Both the position numbers and the translations under genes were made by a program. A stretch of 64,000 bases of DNA from Octopus sinensis (lineage: Eukaryota): positions 148,490,001-148,554,000 of the forward strand of contig NC_043000.1 in assembly GCF_006345805.1 (NCBI RefSeq), written 5' to 3'. Shown piece by piece: positions 1-12,719 of the stretch (position 1 is the first letter of the stretch; the number at the start of each line of letters is the position of its first letter). Below the pieces are notes generated by a model, which saw only the letters and a list, made by a program, of their open reading frames with translations, was not told the origin of the DNA and did not search any database.

Positions 1-84
1 CGGTACACACGGGGTCACATTTTGAAAGACCGGATGCACGTGAACGTGCACGCATCTTTGTGTCTGCGTTTCACTACCACCACC

Positions 85-280
85 ACCACCAAAGCTTGGA
101 AACCGATGTTGATATGCTTACGTTCCCATAGCTTAGCGGTTTGGCAAAAGGGACCGATATAATAAGTACCAGGCTTTAAAAATATACTGGGGTCGATTCG
201 TTCGACTAAAATTCTTTAGGTTTTGCTCTACCATGGCCGCAGTCTAATGGCTGAAACAAGTAAAAGATAAAAGATAGAGG
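85..280 (+). mobile_element. 3' half of tRNA-derived CORE-like SINE (degenerate)
   Basis: Matches the 3' part of the family at 18485/19168/21317 (cttagcggtttggcaaaagggaccgat...ggctgaaacaagtaaaag); followed by (ATGA)n at about 289-326. Confidence 0.7.
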
Positions 281-590
281 ATACATATGAATGAATGAAT
301 GAATGAATGAATGAATGAATGAATGAAACAGCTGCATCCCTTAGACAGCTTTTCTTCTTCTTTAACAGTATGGGGGAAAGAGCGGGAAGCGACGAGATTG
401 CCGAACATGCGAAATACGTCCTCTCCCACCTCTATTTTTCCCTCCTTCTCTCTCCCTCTTGCATATTGACACGAAGACACAAAGACACGCATATTGAAAA
501 TGGAAGAAAGAAGACAGAATTATTAGGGTCTTATTCAGACTTCAATCCTGCAAATATACTGTCCTTGATTTATTTCGATTACTGAAGCGA

Positions 591-1112
591 TATCAGTTCA
601 TCCCATAAGTTCTGTCCGAATTTTTAATAAAGAAAACAAGTGATTATGATTGTTATATTTAATTGAAATTTAATCATCAATGTACTTTCCCTGATTATCT
701 ATGACTTCCTTCCATCTATTTACAAGCTTTTTAATCCCATCAATGTAAAACTCTTTTGATTTCAAAGCGAAGAACTCTGAAATGTCAGTTTCGACCTCCT
801 CCTGACTTGCGAAAGTTATGTTCCCCAAATGATTCTGTAAACTACGAAACAAATAGTAGTCTGAAGGAGCAAGGTCGGGAGAATAAGGTGGACGAGGAAT
901 TTTTTCCCAACCAACTCTTCGAACTTCTGTAATGTGATCTTTGCAGTGTGGGGTCGCGCATTGTCCTGATGAAACATCACTCCTTTTCGATTCACTAAAG
1001 CGGGTCTTTTTTTCTTCAAAGCTTGATTCAAACGCTCTAATTGATGACAGTAGACTTGAGCATAGATTGTTGCATTTGGTGGTAACAATTCAAAGTGAAT
1101 TACTCCTTTGCA
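591..1112 (-). pseudogene. mariner transposase 3' fragment with right terminal inverted repeat
   Basis: Translations GVIHFELLPPNATI...GVMFHQDNARPH (816-1325 ORF) and, after a frameshift, PPYSPDLAPSDYYLFRSLQNHL...LVNRWKEVIDNQGKYIDD* are the mariner D,D34D catalytic/C-terminal motifs; terminal tatcagttcatcccataagttctgtccg at 591 is TIR-like; 5' part replaced by a SINE. Confidence 0.92.
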
Positions 1113-1234
1113 ATCCCCGAAAGATGAAAGGTGAAGTCGACCTCTGTGGAATTTGAACTCAGGACGTAAAGACGGACGAAACGCCGGTAAGTATTTTGCC
1201 CGGCGCGCTAACGATTCTACCAGCTCACCGCCTT
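1113..1234 (-). mobile_element. Deu/Nin-domain-like tRNA SINE, 5' portion
   Basis: ggcggtgagctggtagaatcgttagcgcgccggg...gagttcaaattcc (Pol III A/B boxes) then gaggtcgacttcacctttcatc. Confidence 0.8.
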
Positions 1235-1267
1235 GAGTAGGTACAAATATAACTTTCACATTTTTAC

Positions 1268-1834
1268 ACAAGACCAGCAATTTTCGGGGAGTGAGTAAGT
1301 CGATTACGCCAACCCCAGTGCTCAACTGGTACTTATTTTATCGATCCCGAAAGAATGAAAGGAAAAAATCGACCTCGGTGGAATTTAAACTCTTAACATA
1401 AAGTCGGACGAAATGCCTATTTCTTTACTACCCACAAGGGCCTAAACACAGAGAGGACAAACAAGGACAGACAAACGGATGGAGTCGATTATATCGACCC
1501 CAGTGCATAACTGGTACTTATTTAATCGACCCCGAAAGGATGAAAGACAAAGTCGACCTCGGCGGAATCTGAACTCAGAACGTAACGGCAGACGAAATAC
1601 CTATTTCTTTATTACCCACAGGGGGCTAAACACAGAGGGGACAAACAAGGACAGACATAGGTATTAAGTCGATTATATCGACCCCAGTGCATAACTGGTA
1701 CTTATTTAATCGACCCCGGAAGGATGAACGACAAAGTCGACCTCGGCGGAATTTGAACTCAGAACGTAGCGGCAGACGAAATACCGCCTAGCATTTTGCC
1801 CGGAGTGCTAACGTTTCTGCCAGCTCGTCGCCTT
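1268..1834 (-). mobile_element. Deu/Nin-like SINE array: head + 2 young units + older distal unit
   Basis: Junctions gacgaaat(a/g)c|ctatttct at about 1415 and 1600; the distal unit has the diverged type-B tail. Confidence 0.85.
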
Positions 1835-2325
1835 GAGAAAAGAAATGAATTTTTAAAAGTTTTGAAGCACGAAATTAAGCGATTTACTTATTCAATTATG
1901 ACGGTCATTTGCATTTATCACGGTCACTGCTTAGTTTCTTTTTGTTTAGTACTCAATAATTCTGATCAATTCAGACTGACAGACTGCGTAGGTCAATCAA
2001 CTTCTCACACTCACTGAATTCCTCCAAGAATCTCTGTAATAGTTGCAGCTCGACTAATATTTGTACTATAACACTAATGAAGTCTAGAACACCCAGTCTT
2101 AGGTCGTTAACAGCATTTATACGTTAACTGCATTATACTTTCCACTCCCTAAGCGAACTACATTGTAGACAAACATTTCCCTTTTGGTCACTCCTGCACG
2201 CTGTACAATTTGTGGCTAATTGAATGTATGTGTGTTTGCGTGTATGTGTATATACGCGTGTGCGTATATGTGTATTTATATATGCGTATGTATAGTGAGT
2301 ATACATACATAATCTATGTATGTGT

Positions 2326-2326
<1 letters not shown>

Positions 2327-2380
<54 letters not shown>
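2327..2380. repeat. (GATA)n microsatellite
   Basis: Direct reading. Confidence 0.95.
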
Positions 2381-2381
<1 letters not shown>

Positions 2382-3257
2382 AGGGCATGAACGCACACGC
2401 ACACACACAAATAAAAAACACATCCATAAATTGATAATCACTGAACATGTGTAAGTAAAATTATAAGTCAACCTAACTATTCTCTCTTTCTATCTATCTA
2501 TCTTTCTCCCCCTTCCTCTTCTCTCCTCCCCCTTTCTTTCTCTCTCTTGATGTAAATAAAAAACAACGACAGTCTCCATATTGAATTGTTTCTACTTAAC
2601 AGTCACACGATTTATCCAATATTATCCTTATATTTCCAAAGCTGCAGCAAGCTTCATCAAATCAAAATTAGTAATTTGTGTTGATTGATACTTCTAATGG
2701 TCTTTAGGTACCTTTATATTGTTCCAGTTACTCTATATTTCGTCTGAATATTGATTGACAAAGTGAAACACGGAGTAACAACTTATGAAGTTATTCAGAT
2801 CTTAGTACTGAGTACTCTTTTCTCTATCTCTTGTTTGCACTTCCATGCTTTTGTATAGATACATACATGTGTGCATGCGCACAAGTGTGTGAAAGTGTAT
2901 TCGAATATACGAGAAAAATGTATCAATCCATACAGAAGAGTTTATTCATTGGAAACTTAGACTTCCTCTCATAGCTACTCCTAGTTAATTATTTCTCGCA
3001 TGTTCTTCAATGCAAGTGGAGGAACATTCCATCGGCCACAGAATTTCAAACATTTCTGAGGTGTAATACTTCGTATATCCATGAACGTAAGTCTTTAGGT
3101 GAAATCCTGCGTATATCCATGTTGGTTGAAGTCCTTATATAGTAGAGATCCCAAGAAAAAGATGCGAACATTCCAACGTTCAAGAATATACTTACTCTCA
3201 TGGATACACGCAGGATTACACCTAAGGACTCATGCTTTGGTTTCTTCGGAAAGCTGA

Positions 3258-3682
3258 ACTCTCTTTACTCTCTCTTTTACTCTTTTACTTGTTTCAGTCA
3301 TTTGACTGCGGCCATGCTGGAGCACCGCCTTTAGTCGAGCAAATCGACCCCGGGACTTATTCTTTGTAAGCCCAGTACTTATTCTATCGGTCTCTTTTGC
3401 CGAACCGTTAAGTGACGGGGACGTAAACACACCAGCATCGGTTGTCAAGCAATGCTAGGGGGACAAACACAGACACACAAACATATACACACACACTTAT
3501 ATATATATACATATATACGACAGGCTTCTTTCAGTTTCCGTCTACCAAATCCACTCACAAGGCATTGGTCGGCCCGGGGCTATAGCAGAAAACACTTGCC
3601 CAAGATGCCACGCAGTGGGACTGAACCCGGAACCATGTGGTTGGTTATCAAGCTACTTACCACACAGCCACTCCTGCGCCTA
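3258..3682 (-). mobile_element. full-length tRNA-derived SINE with CORE-like segment and internal (TA/TG)n microsatellite
   Basis: aggcgcaggagtggctgtgtggtaag...ggttcagtccc head, gtggcatcttgggcaag CORE-like motif, (AAAAGAGT)n tail; near-identical to 19168 and 21317. Confidence 0.88.
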
Positions 3683-3810
3683 TGAAGTATGAACTTTTAT
3701 GCCTCTTTTTTCTTCTCTCTTTCCATCTCCTTATTCTTTTACTCCCTTCCTCTATGTTATCATCTTATTGATATATACCATTCTCATTTTCCATATTTTC
3801 TCCCCAATTT

Positions 3811-3866
3811 GTTTCTGATAACGGAATATCCCATACTCGAGGATATCCCAGAAACAGCTGTAAGAT
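3811..3866 (+). ncRNA. degenerate minimal type I hammerhead ribozyme motif
   Basis: CTGATAA - imperfect stem II ggaatatcc/ggatatcc - GAAA CAGCTG TA; same architecture as the 28577-28628 copy. Confidence 0.55.
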
Positions 3867-4092
3867 TTTGAATTTCTTCCTGTAATAATATTGTATACGA
3901 CTTGAGATGTTTGCCTTGCCTTAATGTTTGTTGTCCTGTTTAACAATTATATATCCGCTGCATCGGAAATCTGCAATGGCTTCCATAACTACCGTCTCGG
4001 CTATAACCTAGGACCCCTAGTAATCCGTTACAGCACTTATCTAGTGTACCTAATCGTTTAGATCACCTGTGAACTAAACCCCCATACTTTGT

Positions 4093-4138
<46 letters not shown>

Positions 4139-4141
<3 letters not shown>

Positions 4142-4356
4142 CGGGAAGCTTTATGAAGATAAACAAAAGACGAAGACAGGTGGAGTACAAACAAACAATT
4201 GTATTAGTATGGCGTTCAGGAATATAAATAAATGAAACAAGTCTTTTACGTTTCGAGCCTACGCTCTTCAACAGAAAGATACACAGAAAAGAAACACGGA
4301 GAGAAACAAGGAGAGAGAAAAAATGCGTGCAGAAGCTAGCGATTCAACATGGCGAT
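4139..4356 (-). mobile_element. solo pseudo-LTR fragment of the Neptune-like Penelope element
   Basis: Reverse complement aligns with 48525-48740 and 53080-53294 (atcgccatgttga...aagcttcccgttat); flanked on both sides by (TA)n; carries a hammerhead motif at 4242-4279. Confidence 0.9.
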
Positions 4357-4406
<50 letters not shown>

Positions 4407-4498
4407 TATGTGTGTGTGTATATTTATATATATTTATATATATGTGTGTATGTGCGTGTATGCGTGTGTGTGTATATGTATATATATTTATATATATA

Positions 4499-4539
<41 letters not shown>

Positions 4540-5987
4540 GTGGGCATTGTTTATGAGAGCTAATGAACCAATCAATTACATTCAGGTTTCGTTAGAACTT
4601 GAAGATATACTTCCCATGTCAATTCAGAGTCACACACACACACACATCTCTGCCACCATCGTCGTCGATGGTAATGCCATGATAACTAACTGCTTTGCAA
4701 AATTAAAATTTGCATGATGCCAGGATTTGGTCTGGCCGTACGACTACAGGAAGAAACGTTAGTATAAACTTAAGAAAAGCCAAGGGAAGAAAATCAGCAG
4801 CGACGAATGTTGCACGAATGTGTTTAATGAAACACACGCCAAATTTTATAAATTTTGCAGATGAAAAGTGGAGTAAGGTTCTTTTATTTTTTTCTTCTTT
4901 GTAATTCCTTGCCTGCCTGTTTGTACTCATTCACTTGTTCAACGGAATTGGGTGACACTGATATAAAACATTACCTCCAGCTAGCGGCAGAAGATTGTTT
5001 TTATTGTTGGTTTTTCGTTGCATTTTTTTTTTTTTGATTTCCTATTCTTCATCTTCCTTTCGTGTCATTTCTTCTGTATACACCAGCGTTACTACTAAAA
5101 GATGTCACGATGTGATGAAGCTTATCTTCGTTTTCACGGAGTTTAAATAGAAGGAACACTCTCTCTCCCTCCCCAATCTCTCTCTCTCACTATCAATATA
5201 TTGCAGGCATTTTTTATGAGAGGTTTTGAGTTCAAAACTAATGAACCAATCGTCACTACATTCAGATTTCTTTGGTTAGAACTTGAAGATATACTTCCCA
5301 TGTCATCTTTTGATAGCTAAGTACACTTGACAATTGAAATTACAAACTTGCATAGCTCCAATATCGTACAGAAACGTGAATTTCTTTCCACTCAAAGCCT
5401 ATAAACTTATTCAAATTTACGCATTTATTGACGAATGTTTGCCAACACCAGCCAATACGACAACCGTAAAACAAGTATTACAAAAGAGACCCAGCCGACA
5501 GCCTAATCTCCTAAGCAACTATGATTTTTTCCTTACCTCGTGTAGCTCTTCTCTAAGTCTTTTATTGTTGCGTTATGGTACTATTGATTAGCGTATACAT
5601 TTCTTTCTTTTGCTTCCTCGTGTTACAAGTAATTAAAAAAAATAATTACGTTTATTTCACGATCGACCAGATATCAATCAGCTAATTAATCAATCACGCA
5701 ATTTCAGTTTATCATATGCTGAGAAAATACTTTGCTCTAGGTTCGATTCCACAGTGAAACAAATTGAGTTGTCTTCAATGATTTTAGTCAATCATATCGT
5801 AATTATATCAGTCTGGTACACATTTAATCAATTGTTTTGGTTATGCATTTTGTACCAGTAAATATTAGCACAAACACACACACACACACACACTAGCTTC
5901 TGCACGGTTTATGTCTGTCAAATTTAATTCAGGTGTTGGTCAATTCAAAGTCACAGCGCTGCGAGATCTAATCATGTGTGTGTGTGT

Positions 5988-6023
<36 letters not shown>

Positions 6024-6700
6024 AAACTCTTTCATTCTTTTCTTCTATTTGAAAAAAGGAATCTTTCTTGAAATATTATAGGATCATTAACCAACCAAAG
6101 TAAGGTAATAATAATATCTTTTCTTTTTGTTTTCATTTATTGACATCACCCAACATATTTTGCCTAATTTCTCACCTGCATTGCTCAATGTTTTTTCAAA
6201 CGTTTACATCATTTACATACATTAAAATACTCCAAGCAAAGTACAATGCAGGAATTTATGTTACTGGAGTTTTAGAATGTTATTGGGCATAGTAGATGGT
6301 GTCAGACTAGAAAAAAAAATTACTGCGATATTTGCCAAAGATCAATTACGATATAGTATTAACATTGCTGCTCTGTTTGAGACTCATTTGGTCGGTGAAA
6401 TTGATCTAAAAGGAGAAGGAAGTAGGCATTCAGTTTTTCTGGATATAAATGCCAGAGAACGAAGGAAGAGATAGTGTGGTTGGATTTGCTATTCGTCAGA
6501 TAATTGAGAAACAGCTAAAGAAGCTATCACGTGAGGTTTGTGACTGCATAATGAATTTGAGTCTCTCACCGGGTGGAAAATGACATGTTAGAGTTATTTA
6601 TGTTAAAATACAGACAGCAAAAGCCAGGAAGGATATATTGACGGCATACTTAATTTGGTGAAGCGAGTATATGAGCCACAGTATTCACACTCGTGATTCA

Positions 6701-6919
6701 GCCGTCCAAGAATTTGGACCTGGAGATCTCCATTTCCAGCGACTTCGGGGGCCACCTCCCAGTGGTGTCGGGGGTCAACAAAGAGCCCTCGACTACAACA
6801 AGACGACCAAAATTTTTTTTTCCAAGGTCTGGGGTCTCCCACCTCTAAGCCCTAGACCATCACCTAATCACCCTTACCCGTCTTGTTGCTTAACAACAAC
6901 AACAACAACAATAACAACA
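6701..6919 (+). mobile_element. short retroposed insert with (AAC)n tail and 14-bp TSD
   Basis: acactcgtgattca at 6687-6700 and 6920-6933 flanks the insert; (AAC)n tail at its 3' end. Confidence 0.85.
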
Positions 6920-7554
6920 ACACTCGTGATTCATAAAGCTGGTTCAAAATAATCTGTGATCCGAATGTATTATGAAATGCAAGACTGAACACTTCACGGA
7001 TGTTTTGAGAAATCTTTCCACTATGCATAGCATTATCAGTTTGTTTTGTCGATCTGTCATCATCAAGAAATAGGTGTTCTAAGTCCGGAAGAAATGTAAA
7101 ACGCTATCAGTTTAAATGAGAACTAGTAAGGTGCTTAGCATTGATGAAACTCCCTCGGAAATTCTGTTATGTAGAAATGATAAGTGAGCTGGTACTATTC
7201 ATTGACTAGGTGATATTTGGCAGGAATTGCCAGCCTATCAAGAGTGAAAGTTTGCTAATATGCTGTCACCATAAGGGTGAAGGTAAGAAAGAGAATATGA
7301 AAACATTCGGAATATCTTTCTGTTTTTCAGTCACTGGGAAAGTATTTTCAAGGGTTCCTCGTCATGGCTGACTGTCTATCAAAATAAAAACTAACATAAT
7401 TTTAGAGAAGGAAGGTAGATGCTTTGCGTGATTTTTATTGCGTGGCAATTACAGCAGAAATGCATTGAACAGTGTGATGAATTTTATCAACTGTTTATTG
7501 ATCTTACAAAAGCTTTTGGCACAGTTAGTGGGAACGTAATCTGGATGTATAGAT

Positions 7555-7755
7555 CAGTGGTTTTCAACCAGGGTTCCGCCAGTACAGTCCAGGGGTTCCG
7601 CAAGAAGTTACAAAACTGCTAAAATCGGCAGTAATTTTTAATTCTCCTGTGCAGATATGTGTGCATAAAGCTATTAAATTATTGCACAGGGGTTCCTCGA
7701 ACCAGTGGAATGTTTCCTTGGGGTTCCGCTCCAGCAAAAAGTTTGAAAAACACTG
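7555..7755. mobile_element. hAT (Charlie-like) MITE nested in the RTE relic
   Basis: TIRs cagtggttttcaacc / gtttgaaaaacactg; 8-bp TSD gtatagat / gtatagag; internal ggggttcc motifs. Confidence 0.9.
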
Positions 7756-8425
7756 GTATAGAGAAAAGTTGGCTGCCTACCGAAATTTGTTGACATTTTT
7801 TGATAATTCAATGATGGTACAAAATCAAGGAGACATTTCAGTTGTAAACTACCATGTCTAACTGCTATTAAAAGAGAATGCAGAAAGGAGACATCCCTGC
7901 CCCAACTCTGCTTTCGATCTATTTTGCTGTAACGCATATAACTGCTTCCTGAGACTGTGATACTTGTAGATATCATCGTGCAACAGGAAGTTTTGTTTTT
8001 GTTTTGTTTTGTTTTGTTTTTTATCTACAGTACTTCAAGGCAAAGTCTAAAAGATTTCCTAGATTATGCATTTGATTTATGCAGGCGATTGTGACACGTC
8101 AACGCATCAAAGACATGTTAGACTACTTGAATGTTTTCACTAGAAATGCTAGAAACATTTATTAGAAATATCAAAAAAAGAGTATGATTCCCGATAAGGA
8201 AGTGCTTGAACAATCCAAGAGTTTGCGCATCAAACGTCACATAAAAAGCAGTTTGAGATGGACTGATCACGGGTTACAATCAAACGACTGCCTGGTTCCC
8301 AAACAATTTTTTTATGGAGAGTTAATGGGCCATAGTAAATATATCGGTGAAAACTATAAACTGGTGCTTTCAAACAAAATTACCCTCTAATACTTGATCC
8401 ACTTGACTTGCGCAGACGCTGCCTT

Positions 8426-9424
8426 GGCGGCGAGCTGGCAGAAACGTTAGCACGCCGGGCGAAATGCGTAGCCGTATTTCATCTGCCGTTACATTTTGAG
8501 TTCAAATTCCGCCGAGGTCGACTTTGCCTTTCACCCTTTCGGGGTCGATAAATTAAGTACCAGTTACGCACTGGGGTCGATATAATCGACTTAATCCGTT
8601 TGTCTGTCCTTGTTTGTCCTCTCTGTGTTTAGCCCCTTGTGGGTAGAAAAGAAATAGGTATTTCGTCTGCCGCTACGTTCTGAGTTCAAATTCCACCGCG
8701 GTCGACTTTGCCTTTCATCCTTCCTACGTTCTGAGTTCAAATTCCACCGCGGTCGACTTTGCCTTTCATCCTTCCGGGGTCGATTAAATAAGTACCAGTT
8801 ACGCACTGGGGTCGATATAATCGACTTAATCCGTTTGTCTGTCCTTGTTTGTCCTCTCTGTGTTTAGCCTCTTGTGGGTAGTAAAGAAATAGGTATTTCG
8901 TCTGCCGCTACGTTCTGAGTTCAAATTCCGCTGAGGTCGACTTTGCCTTTCGTCCTTTCGGGGTCGATTAAATAAGTACCAGTTACGCGCTGGGGTCGAT
9001 ATAATCGACTTAATCCGTTTGTCTGTCCTTGTTTGTCCTCTCTGTGTTTAGCCCCTTGTGGGTAGTAAAGAAATAGGTATTTCGTCTGCCGCTATGTTCT
9101 GAGTTTAAATTCCGCCGCGATCGACTTTGCCTTTCATCCTTTCGGGATCGATTAAATAAGTACCAGTTACGCGCTGGGGTCGATATAATCGACTTAATCC
9201 GTTTGTCTGCCCTTGTTTGTCCCCTCTGAGTTTAGCCCCTTGTGGGTAATAAAGAAATAGGTATTTCGTCTGCCGCTACGTTCTGAGTTCAAATTCCGCC
9301 GAGGTCGACGTTGCCTTTCATCCTTTCGGGATCGATTAAATAAGTACCAGTTACGCACTGGGGTCGATCTAATCGGCTGGCCTCCTCCCGCCAAAATATG
9401 GGTCTTGTGCCTAGAGTAGAAAAA
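8426..9424 (+). mobile_element. Deu/Nin-like SINE tandem array (head + 4 type-A units + unit with type-B tail)
   Basis: tatttc unit starts at 8475, 8659, 8894, 9078, 9262 (184-bp period; second unit has a 51-bp internal duplication). Confidence 0.93.
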
Positions 9425-10851
9425 ATTCAAAGCACTGATTGCTCGTCGGAAACCTATAATCAACGACGCTGTTGTTAAGATGTAATGCAAAATAAAAAGT
9501 AAAAAATATAGTAAAAACCACGATAAACAATCAATCATAAAGTCTCTGCATTTTCTTACATTTCTTCAGCAGGGGGCTCCATTAATAGTTCTGACCACTA
9601 ACTTCAAATGTGTGTGTGTAGTTATTTATTTGTATGTGCATTTATGTGTGTAAAAATGTATTCCTGTTCTCTGCTTGTATTTTTGCTTTTTTGTGTGTGT
9701 GTGTGAGTGAGTGAGTGTGTTGGTTTTATTTCTGACTAATTCAGAGTGTTTGACGGTGACAGAAACGGTTTTTTTCGAAAGCCACCTATAATTTCCCAAA
9801 CAACATTGTTTTGAAATGACTGTCATTTTCTGTAATTATATGTTATAGAACATTTGTTAATTCTAGACAAATACAATTTGTCAAAAAAATTGAAATGAAA
9901 AAAAATGGACAGCAATGTTAGACATAAAAAAAAAAACATTTGTAAATCGATGCTGAAATTCTAAATCTTTGAATATGTGTGTATTTGCATGTGTGTAAGC
10001 ATGTGTGGGATAGTTAAATACAATGGACAAATTATAGATTACATTGATTTTATGATTTATTATTTTTTCAGATATTTTTTTTTCTCTGCTATATATTGTC
10101 TTTCCTTGAAAACTTCATCAGGTGTAAATAATGTATAACATTGTTATTCAATCCCATCCCCCAATCTCTACCATTCTCCTTCAGATGCATAAAAAGTTAA
10201 AATTAGAAAAAAAAACTGCCCGGGAATATAATTCCTAAAGCCAAATAATATTTCTAATATTTCTGAGACGAATGACGTGTGCCCGACTGACAGATAAAAT
10301 CGATAATGAAGTCATTGTGCAATATTTTGGTTGGAAACCGGTTCATTGTTTTTATGTAAGGAAAATTAGAATGAAGAATGCTAAATCATGAATAAAAGGA
10401 CGCAGAGGCATAAATATCTGAAAGACTTTGTTGGTAGAGCAACGATAGGCATATTGATCAAAGAATGAATTTTTATTCTCCATACTAGCCACCACCTTAA
10501 AATCAATGAATACGCTAAGTTTTTATGCTGCTTCACCGTTTCGATGGAAATGAAAGAGGAAAAAGAAAAAGAAAAATTGCACCAAAAGCGGAATGGCTGG
10601 TGTTTGAATAAATATTAATCTCTTTTGATTAGGAACGAGGCCAACTTTTCATGGGAATGTGTAAAATCGATTAAATCGACCCTGGTACATTACAAGTATT
10701 TACTTGATCGAATCTAGAGTGATAAAAAGCAGAGTCAAAGCTAACAGGTTTAGGCCCACGTCTACAGAGGGAGAAAAGTAAGATATAGAATATTTAGTAT
10801 GGTAGTCCACCGTACTTTTACGCACACTGTGTGTGTGTGTGTATACATACA

Positions 10852-11405
10852 TGGTGGCTGCCCCCTCGTTATCGAGTATGGCCATTGCACGAAGCTTAAT
10901 CAATGTTGTTATCGTGCAATGCCTGTGCAAGAAGATTTATTTTTAAAGTGAGGAAAGGCTGTGCACTGTGTCAATCCCACTCACTAAGCAACAACAGCCA
11001 TAATCCGAAAAGAATAACAAGTCAACATCATCGGTAACCACTGAGCCGCTAGTTTTATGTTGGAGTTATCCCAGTTTCCTGAGTTACCTTCTCCTAGAAG
11101 GATCCCCCAACAAAGGCTAGGAGTGCTTCACTCCCAATGGTTTAACCACGCGATCGGGTATTCAGTCCGATTATTTCTATGTCCCCGCGCATGATACAGC
11201 CTTAAGACATTTATTGGATGGCCATTGACTCTCAAGAGTTCCTCCGCTCTTTGACGGGTTTTGTTTTTCATCCCGCAGGGTGTCCAATAAAAACCCTCCT
11301 CACCAAGCAAGCTGGGTGGGGTTGCCGGTTTAGTCGCCGACGACCCGACCATGCAACAGATTGTACTGGGTTACATGTTACCAGTAGCACTCGAAAGTGA
11401 CCTGA
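10852..11405 (-). mobile_element. non-autonomous RTE-related element (5'UTR-like part + 3' tail) in ACAT microsatellite
   Basis: Non-coding; contains ggagaaggtaactc, similar to the RTE 5'UTR motif, and ends cgataacgagggggcagccacc-atgtatgtat; flanked by (ACAT)n/(TG)n. Confidence 0.5.
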
Positions 11406-11425
11406 CATACATACATACATACATA

Positions 11426-11566
11426 CTAGCGTAGCTCGTGGAGGGTAGTGGCGGTCTGCCGCCCGGGCGGCACCTTTGGGTCTGCTGTAGGCAATATGTG
11501 TTTTTTGAGGGGTCCTGTGGGTGGCAAACGAAAGGGCCGCCCCGGGCGGCACTACTCTAGCTAGTG
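11426..11566. mobile_element. GC-rich small MITE-like element
   Basis: Ends ctagcgtagct / tagctagtg; two gccgccc(c)gggcggcac subterminal motifs; embedded in (ACAT)n. Confidence 0.45.
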
Positions 11567-11575
11567 TACATACAT

Positions 11576-11682
<107 letters not shown>

Positions 11683-12375
11683 CACACACGCACACACGTT
11701 GTTGGCCGACCAGAATCTTGTAAGTGAATTTAGTAGACAGAAACTGTATGGGAATCCGTCATATACATGTGAATGTATGAGAATGTGTGTGCATGCGTGT
11801 GTGTGTACCTGTCTTTATGTTTGCCTGTCTCCTTCACAACCGGTCCTGCTTTGTTTATGTCTCCATATACATTAGCAGTTCAATAGAAGAGGCCAACAGT
11901 GTAAGTACAGACTTAGAATATAAGTAGTAAAGTCGATTTGTTCAACTAAATCCTTCGAGGTAGTGCCCTAGCATAGCTGCATTCCGTTATAACCTCTGGT
12001 ATGAGTTGGCGTTTTTTTTTTTTAGACATGGCAGAGAACATTACTCTCCTGCACTGACCACAGTCGATTTCTTCCAGAAAGAGAGACAGGTTGAGAGAGA
12101 GAGAGAGGGGGGAGGGAGAGAGAGAGAGAAGAATCAATCCAGTACAGGACTGGTACTTTATTTATCGTTCCTGAAAAGAAGAAATGCAAAGTTGGCCTCC
12201 ATACTACTTGAACTCAAAGATCCGGAACAACTACTGCAAGGCAACCTACCCAACGCGCTAACCATTCGGCCAAAGCGCTACTTTATATCATCATCATCAT
12301 CATCATCGTCATCGTCATCGTAATCATCGTAATCATCACCAAAACTGCTATTAAGGTAATAATCAGTCTAATATA

Positions 12376-12608
12376 TATTTCTTTACTGCCCACAAAGGGC
12401 TAAACATAGAGGGGACAAACAAGGACAGACAAAGGGATTAAGTCGATTACATCGACCCCAGTGCGTAACTGGTACTTTATTTATCGACTCCGAAAGGATG
12501 AAAGGCATAGTCGACCTCTGCGGAATTTGAACTCAGAACGTAACGTCGGACGAAATACGGCTACGCATCTCGCCCGGCGTGCTAACGTTTCTGCCAGCTC
12601 ACCGCCTT
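12376..12608 (-). mobile_element. monomeric Deu/Nin-like SINE with 15-bp TSD
   Basis: aatcagtctaatata at 12361-12375 and 12610-12624. Confidence 0.92.
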
Positions 12609-12719
12609 CAATCAGTCTAATATAATTACATGAACACCTTGAACGCCAACACCAATGGTACCAACAAACCCCCTCACACAAAATTAAAAACAAGAAAACA
12701 GTTCAGCACCACTAACAAT

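Larger units (their letters stand above)
6260..8390 (+). pseudogene. highly degenerate near full-length RTE (BovB-like) LINE ORF
   Basis: Ordered motifs: APE N-terminus (QLRYSINIAALFETHL ~ LARYNIDIAALSETRL), RT (FIAWQLQQKCIEQ...FIDLTKAFGTVS ~ FAARQLQEKCREQ...FVDLTKAFDTVS), C-terminus (IPDKEVLE...LRWTDH...VPKQFFYGEL); many stops, frameshifts and deletions. Confidence 0.85.

Noticed and set aside
965-975. CTGATGA as a hammerhead core (also 62805)
   Set aside because: It is the antisense of the mariner FHQDN codons
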